Of a stretch of DNA of 64,000 bases, positions 37,641 to 64,000 are shown piece by piece. The notes below the pieces were generated by a model that saw only the letters and a program-made list of their open reading frames with translations, ran no database searches and had not been told where the DNA came from. Origin of the DNA: Lytechinus pictus. Taxonomy: Eukaryota. The stretch's first letter is position 1. Every line of letters starts with the position of its first letter. The stretch is taken from assembly GCF_037042905.1 (NCBI RefSeq), contig NC_087251.1, forward strand, positions 31,746,001 to 31,810,000. Reading direction: 5' to 3'. The translations under genes were made by a program, and so were the position numbers.

Positions 37641-37715
37641 TAACAAAATCATTCTGCCACCAATCTAACAAAATCATTCTGCCACCAATCTAACAAAATC
37701 ATTCTGCCACCAATC
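37641..37715. repeat. Perfect tandem repeat, 25 bp x3
   Basis: TAACAAAATCATTCTGCCACCAATC at 37641, 37666 and 37691. Confidence 0.95.
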
Positions 37716-39389
37716 ATTCAAAACATTTTTCAGCAAAGCTATTGAAAACCATTTATATATAATAAAGACCCATGTTCAGATGTGTCGTACGGTTGTCATA
37801 GCCTTAGAAAGAATACAAGTGCATCTACTTACATAAAGGTTAAATCTTTCAAGCGGATTATCAATCGCACTCGGAGAATTCTTTTTTTTTTGTTTTGTTT
37901 CACAATGTATTTGTTTTGAACATGCCCAACAAAAAGGATATTTTGTTTAATAAGCTTTTTAAGTTTTCATTTGGTTAAACATACAATATCTCAATTGAAA
38001 GGAGGGATATTGTCTTGAAATTGATGTGCTTACTTAAGGGTCAAATTTAAATCATTATACACAATATTCATTTATACAGGTAATTTTAAAATACCATGGA
38101 AAAATGCACATATTTACTGATTGTCACTTTATGCTGCCAATGTCTCTTTACAATACAGCTAAATTGCACTTTTGCAGTCATAATCCATACATTTTACTCT
38201 TATTAAACATAATTAATCATTTCAATGTTTGCATATGTAAATCTTGAAGACTGATTTTAAGTTTTGAATATCGGTGTGGTTTCAGAAAAAGGGAATGACT
38301 TGTTCATCTCACCAATAATGTGAACAAATTGATTTGTATATGCTTGGAGCAACTAGAACAAAAAAATCAATACAAGAAAAAGTCAAAATATTCACTTGGG
38401 CGATGTGATTAATTGAATCTAATGCCCTCTTGGACAAGTTTTCTTTCTTTTGTCAGTAATCCTGTCTTGGAATATCTACATTTTGTTTAATTTCTTTTTT
38501 GTTTTCTTCAGCCAACATGAGAAGTTTTATTCATTTTGAGATCCATTGCACATATCTACTTGCAGTAGTTCACATTAATGATACAAAAGGGTTTTATTTT
38601 TTATTCAACCACAAAATAAATACAACCCTTTTCTGAAAAATAATAGTCAACACTATTTAAAAAATAAAGAGAAATGGAGACAGAAAGACAGACAGAGATA
38701 TAGTAAAAGAGCAAGAGAGAGAGAGAGAGAGATAGTATACTGCACTTGGTTATAAATGTAGCCTCAACTGAGATGGATTGAATTTCACAAAATGACCAAT
38801 TTTCTTTTAGAAAGACTCATCATTGTTTTAATTTCCACTACATAACATACATAGCCTAACCTTGGAATATCATTAACAATTCTCAAAGTATGACTCAAGC
38901 AACTTGGAAATGGGCTTGGGGTCAAAGGTCAACCCAAAAAGATAATAAACTGCAGCTGACTCAAAGCCTTCTTCAAAGGCTAAGAATCAAAAAGTCATTT
39001 CATAGCAGCACACACATTTCCCGCTCGATGAAAGTTTGAACAATTTTTTTTTCATACATGATAAAAAAAACACCTGCTGTGCTTAGGACCACATCGTTCT
39101 CATGACCCACGACCGTCTCAACGGATGAAAATTCAGCAAATACACTTGTCACTCTGCTCCAAAAGATCCACACAAGTCTTCAGTGTCTTCGTGTCACCAT
39201 CTGTATGATCTGGTGCACGCTACAAATTTTTCGCAGCGATCCACACGCGCATTGCATTAACAAGATGTCAGCATCCTTTGGCCAAAACCTTGAAAGTCTT
39301 CATCCATATTCTCCTCCTCCATCAAGTCTATTGCATATAATCCCAGTGGTAGAAAAAATGAAGCTCCTCCTCCTGTTTGCGCTTATCTC

Positions 39390-59298
<19,909 letters not shown>

Positions 59299-60713
59299 CT
59301 GCAGAGAAAAGGAACAAATAAAACCTTTGTCATACAATACAAACATTACAGAGTTAAATTGAAGTGTAACATGCGAATTAAATAGGAAGAAAGTTGATAC
59401 AGGCATATTAAAATGGGTAAGGCTGAGACATGCATGTTAACGTAGACATTATGTACATACAGGTGAAAAAACAGAGACCATCAATACGTCATCTTTGTAA
59501 TCTGTACAATAAAGCACTTCTTACAAGACATACTCTACCAAACTTCACGACTGATATATTTGACAAAAAATTTGACAACATTTCAAAGATAAGGGTATAA
59601 ATAATAGGAGATAATTCAAATAATAAAGGCTTTTTTCTTTGCAAAATAATTAAATAAATAGCATTATACCATATATCATGTGGAGAATTGACCTTTCATT
59701 ACAATGCCTGTTTTTGGCTAGTTTAATCCCCTCAAATAAGTCTATCACTACACCAATTCATTACCAGATTATAAAATGTCTATGCCTTAAAACAGTAATG
59801 GTGTGGAGGATATGAAATGAAAACATTGTAATTTAGCATGAAAATTTATCTTGATCTGCGTGTTTCATTATTTTAAAGTTTTTTTATCTTCTTTTTATTT
59901 TTTATAATTCCAAATCATGGAATGGGTGAAAATTTGAGGATATAATGTTTGTCTGACATAGATTTCTGATATCCAATCACTAAATTAAAAAGAAACATTA
60001 AAGCATTGTGGATATTGATTGATTGATGATACTTGGGTATTCTTATTATATTCCACATACTACATGTAAGAATCTTGCTGTAGGATTGGTCAAAAGTTGG
60101 TCACGTGATAAAGGTTAGTTTCCCTATCAATCATCACTCGCTGTAATGGAACTTTTGTGTGTTCGCTGATCGTTTTCAGCCCATAGGGTCATAACGCATT
60201 ATGAATTAATTTGAATACGTGCACATTTTGCCACTGGTTTTTTGGTCCATCATTCTTCCTCAACTGCAGTGACGATCACGCAAGGTCTATATGGGCGCGC
60301 CCATTGTACATATGCGCAAAAAAGTGCATTGCCCTGTTGGAGCAAGATCTCGGATGCTTGCGCACAGTTTGCATACACGCTAACATTAAAACAAGCATAA
60401 TCGTCTCGATTGATCTTTTTTTTCAAAGGAAACCTTGATTTGAAAAAAAATCATAAGAGAAGTATTAATATCGGTTACTTCATTTATAGTGGTTCTCGAT
60501 GCGGAATATAAAACATATAATTACCTCTTGATTTCAGGTGATGAGGCAAACTATCACTTTCTCGGCAAGCTGGATGTACTCGCTATCTTTCCTCAGCTTC
60601 GCTCTGGAAAGGTAGCTACATCCAGCTTGCCTCGTAAGTAATAGTTTTCCCATCACCTTCATCACCAACAGTGATTATATGCTTACTATCAACCATCTAC
60701 CAAAGCTTTAACC

Positions 60714-60884
60714 AGACTTTTAAAGGTGGATTTCAGTTTTAGTTATGACTTTGTTTGTGATTAGTCGAAGAATCTGTTTACAGCAAATGTTAAAGGTTGT
60801 TTAAAGACTTTTAAAGATGGATTTCAGTTTTAGTTGACTTTGATAAGTCGAAGAATCTGTTTATAGCAAATGTCAAAGGTTGTT
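60714..60884. repeat. Tandem duplication, ~90 bp x2
   Basis: AGACTTTTAAAG(G/A)TGGATTTCAGTTTTAGTT...GTCGAAGAATCTGTTTA.AGCAAATGT.AAAGGTTGTT occurs twice. Confidence 0.85.
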
Positions 60885-63800
60885 GATTATACAAATATAT
60901 ATATTTAATGATTTGGATACACCTTATTGTAACCACCTTATCTACATAAAATAATAGTTAAATAAAACGCTTGATCTGGCGTTGCACAGTGTCTGCCGGG
61001 CCCATGATCAATAATCGGGCAAAAATAATTTTTCTGAGTATTTCTATTTAAGATTTCATTTCGAACAACAGAATATGGACTCTTTTTTTTTTCAATACTA
61101 CTTTATTTGATCGGGATTTCATCATATTTACCTACTTCATGGTATACAGCAAAATTCAGTGTGCTATGAAATTGATTAAAATGTACCACTAATTATCCAG
61201 ACGTACTGAAGCATGTAATTCAATATTGCGGTGATGAGGCAGCAAACAAGGATAGGCATTCAATCTTCACAATCATCACATTGTTATTCATTGATTAGCT
61301 TTCCTATCTAAATCTCGTTACGATTCTCCAACTGTTCACTGGTAATTGTAGTCTCTCTTAACGTACCATTCACCGTGTTTTATGCAAGCTTGCCTCTGAA
61401 AGTGTCATCCAAACACCTTTAAAGCACAAGTCCACCCAAACAAAAAGTTGTTTTGAATAAAAAGAGAAAAATCAAATAAGCAAAACACTGAAGATTTCTC
61501 AAAATCGGGTCACCCGTGTAAAATAATTAAATTATGGCACTTTGAAGTTTCTTTCAGAAAACAGTTACAGTCCAGTGATAAGCAAACAAGAGAGTCAATG
61601 TCACTCATTCACTATATCTTTTGTTTTCATTGTTTGAATAATAAAATATTTCAATTATTACTGATCTGACAAAAAGACCCTCTTCATTGAACCGCAAAAT
61701 GCTTTAACAATGCTAATTTCAGGGAGGAATGAAATTTAGTTTCACATGACAAAGAGGAAAAAATTTAATAATTTATATTTCATATAATTACAAAACAAAT
61801 GCGTGTGTTATGTCTTCGGTCAACTCATTTGCATACAAACTAGGATGCATATAACTGTTTTTACGAAACCAAGCAGAACTTAAAATAAAACTTTGTTACT
61901 TTACATCCGAGTTTGATGAAATTTTCAGTGTTATGCTTTAAGTTTGATCTTTCTTCTTCTAAAAAACAATTTTTTTTTTAGGTGGACTTGCCCTTTATCA
62001 TTCAAGGAGCCTACTTCACCACATGTATTTATAAAGGCATCTGACTGCAACACCTACATGTATCTAATAGATGACTGTAATTGGTGTCCCCAAATGTTTA
62101 TTATAATTGCCACTTTTTGTCTCAAGCCTAAAAATTAGTCTTTCATTGCTAAAAATATATGGTAGGAATGCCCAAGACAGTTGTTCAACATTGATACCTT
62201 TGATTTTAAAAAGAACCAAGAATCATAGAAACAATCGTAAAAGAGCTACGTATTCTCGTAATTTCAAGTTGAGTGGTTTGGATTCTCCCTGTACAAAAAC
62301 GCCGTAGGGAATAAAACAGCGCTGACCGCATTTTCAATATGCATGATCAACCAAACCCTTGTATCTCTGTTTCACGTGCAAAGTCAATGCAACATAGACA
62401 GGACAGTTTGTTTACCGCGTATGCTTTGCTACAGTACATATTTCCAATGGGATTAGGGCATTTCATCACAAATTTGTATGGCACCACATTGAAAATCCCT
62501 ACATATCCAAGAAACTAAAATAAATTGCTTCCTAAAAAAAAAACCATATATGGAGTAGGATTTGTACTTCTATTCTCTACAAAAATCTCAAATCAATTTT
62601 TGACCAAAATAGACTGATCTGATGGTTTGGATGAATGCTGGTGACATGTGCATTACGTTATATTCCTTAATTCGTTTATCAAACAGGTAATTATACATAA
62701 ACCATCATTTTTTTATATATATATTTTACAGTATGATAGGAATAAAATTATCTGCTTATGCAAGAAGATGACCTTCCTTTTCCCAGTGGATATGATTGTA
62801 CTCTCATCAGTATAATGCATAATGGAAATACATACATGTAGGTTGGTCATTACTTCACCTCCTCAATATCACCTTACTTCCTGCCTCCATCTCAACAATT
62901 ATCATTCAGCTTGTCATTGAGGATGTCATTGAGGATGTCTTTCAGATTGTCAATGACAGAGTCACACATTTTAATGATAAATATATTCAACAATATTACG
63001 AAGTGATTTCTTTTCTCTAGTTTTCTTTTTTTCCTCTACTTTTTTTCTCTAAAATACAGATGGGGGTGGAGGGATAATAATTCCTCCAATTCTCAATGAT
63101 CCCAATGATGGAACATGCACGGCCACACAATGGGATAATTAAAAAAAAAACTACACTTTTTACAACATTAACTTTAATTGCAATATTACCACTAAAAATT
63201 ATAATGAATTTCAATCCAATTCTTTGAATTTGAGAAAATACGAGATGCTTAACTAACAGAACGATATACACTGTGGGCCCCCATGATTTCAGAGAAAATA
63301 AAGCTTTAAAGCTAAATGAAAGTAGTTGCAGTAAAACACTGATTTCGTGAGAAAATCTGTAAAACCAAGGTTAAGTATTACTATATCATTGTGGATCTAG
63401 ATCATAGATCTGGTACAGTTACATAAACTGAACTTTGTGAAATCATAAAATCTAAGCTGAAAAACGATCACACTGAAGATCGCCAACACAGATAGGCACA
63501 CGTTGGACAGTGTATTATTATTGCTGGAATAAAGACCCGACGGAAGTGCCCAAATCCACGCTTATTTTGCTTATTTCTCAGCAATTACACAATTTCTTCC
63601 AGAATCCTTTGGCACATATTTTTTATTCATACAAACACACACTTGAGTGGTCATTATATTGGATTCTGTAAAAAGTCATTTTGAGATCGTTACCACAACT
63701 GGCATTTATCTTTAATGCATTATACCCATTTTGGTTTTCCTTTTCCTTTTACTATCATTAGACAACAACATGACTATTTTGCCACTTAAGACTGACGGTT

Positions 63801-64000
63801 TACTGGTAAAAATGTTTTTAAATGAAGAAATATTGATTTAGCAGAGGGTTCCCACTCTAATGCCATATGTTAACTGCTGAAAACAACTGTTTGGAACTGC
63901 AAAGGCATATCACGTTTGGAAGTAAACTTGTAGGAAGTAATTCCTCAAAAAGCTGTGTGCACCTGAATAGGTAGCCTAGCTTAGCCGGGGTAATAATAAT

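Noticed and set aside
37641..37715. Short direct repeats (also 49322-49522) considered as CRISPR-like
   Set aside because: They are contiguous tandem units without unique spacers, in a eukaryotic context with no cas genes.
62850..62975. Possible upstream PKC exon
   Set aside because: No C1A or C2 similarity, and the frame examined hits a stop. Upstream exons are probably beyond the window.

Overview
AT-rich, intron-containing animal genomic DNA. The repeat landscape suggests a marine invertebrate, probably a sea urchin (inference only). Four spliced protein-coding genes can be reconstructed by eye with GT-AG junctions and consistent phase: the last two coding exons of a GNPNAT1-like acetyltransferase (+), complete NDUFAF1/CIA30 (-), complete EIF1AD (+, divergent from NDUFAF1) and the 3' part of a novel-class protein kinase C (PKC epsilon/eta-like, -). 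A LINE (L2/Crack/CR1 group) with an intact endonuclease-RT ORF sits in the last GNPNAT1 intron. Many non-autonomous DNA transposons are present (Tc1/mariner-, hAT-, PIF/Harbinger-, piggyBac-, Kolobok- and Helentron-like), several with visible TSDs. The most unusual signal is a pair of tiny inverted-repeat scars (19 and 23 bp, CATAGA...TCTCTATG), each flanked by its own perfect 8-bp direct repeat. Both lie in the NDUFAF1/EIF1AD divergent upstream region and look like P-element-type excision footprints. Also notable are a candidate mutually exclusive PKC hinge exon pair, a duplicated PKC splice acceptor leading to a premature stop, and a filled/empty insertion-site pair that shows a TTAA TSD directly.
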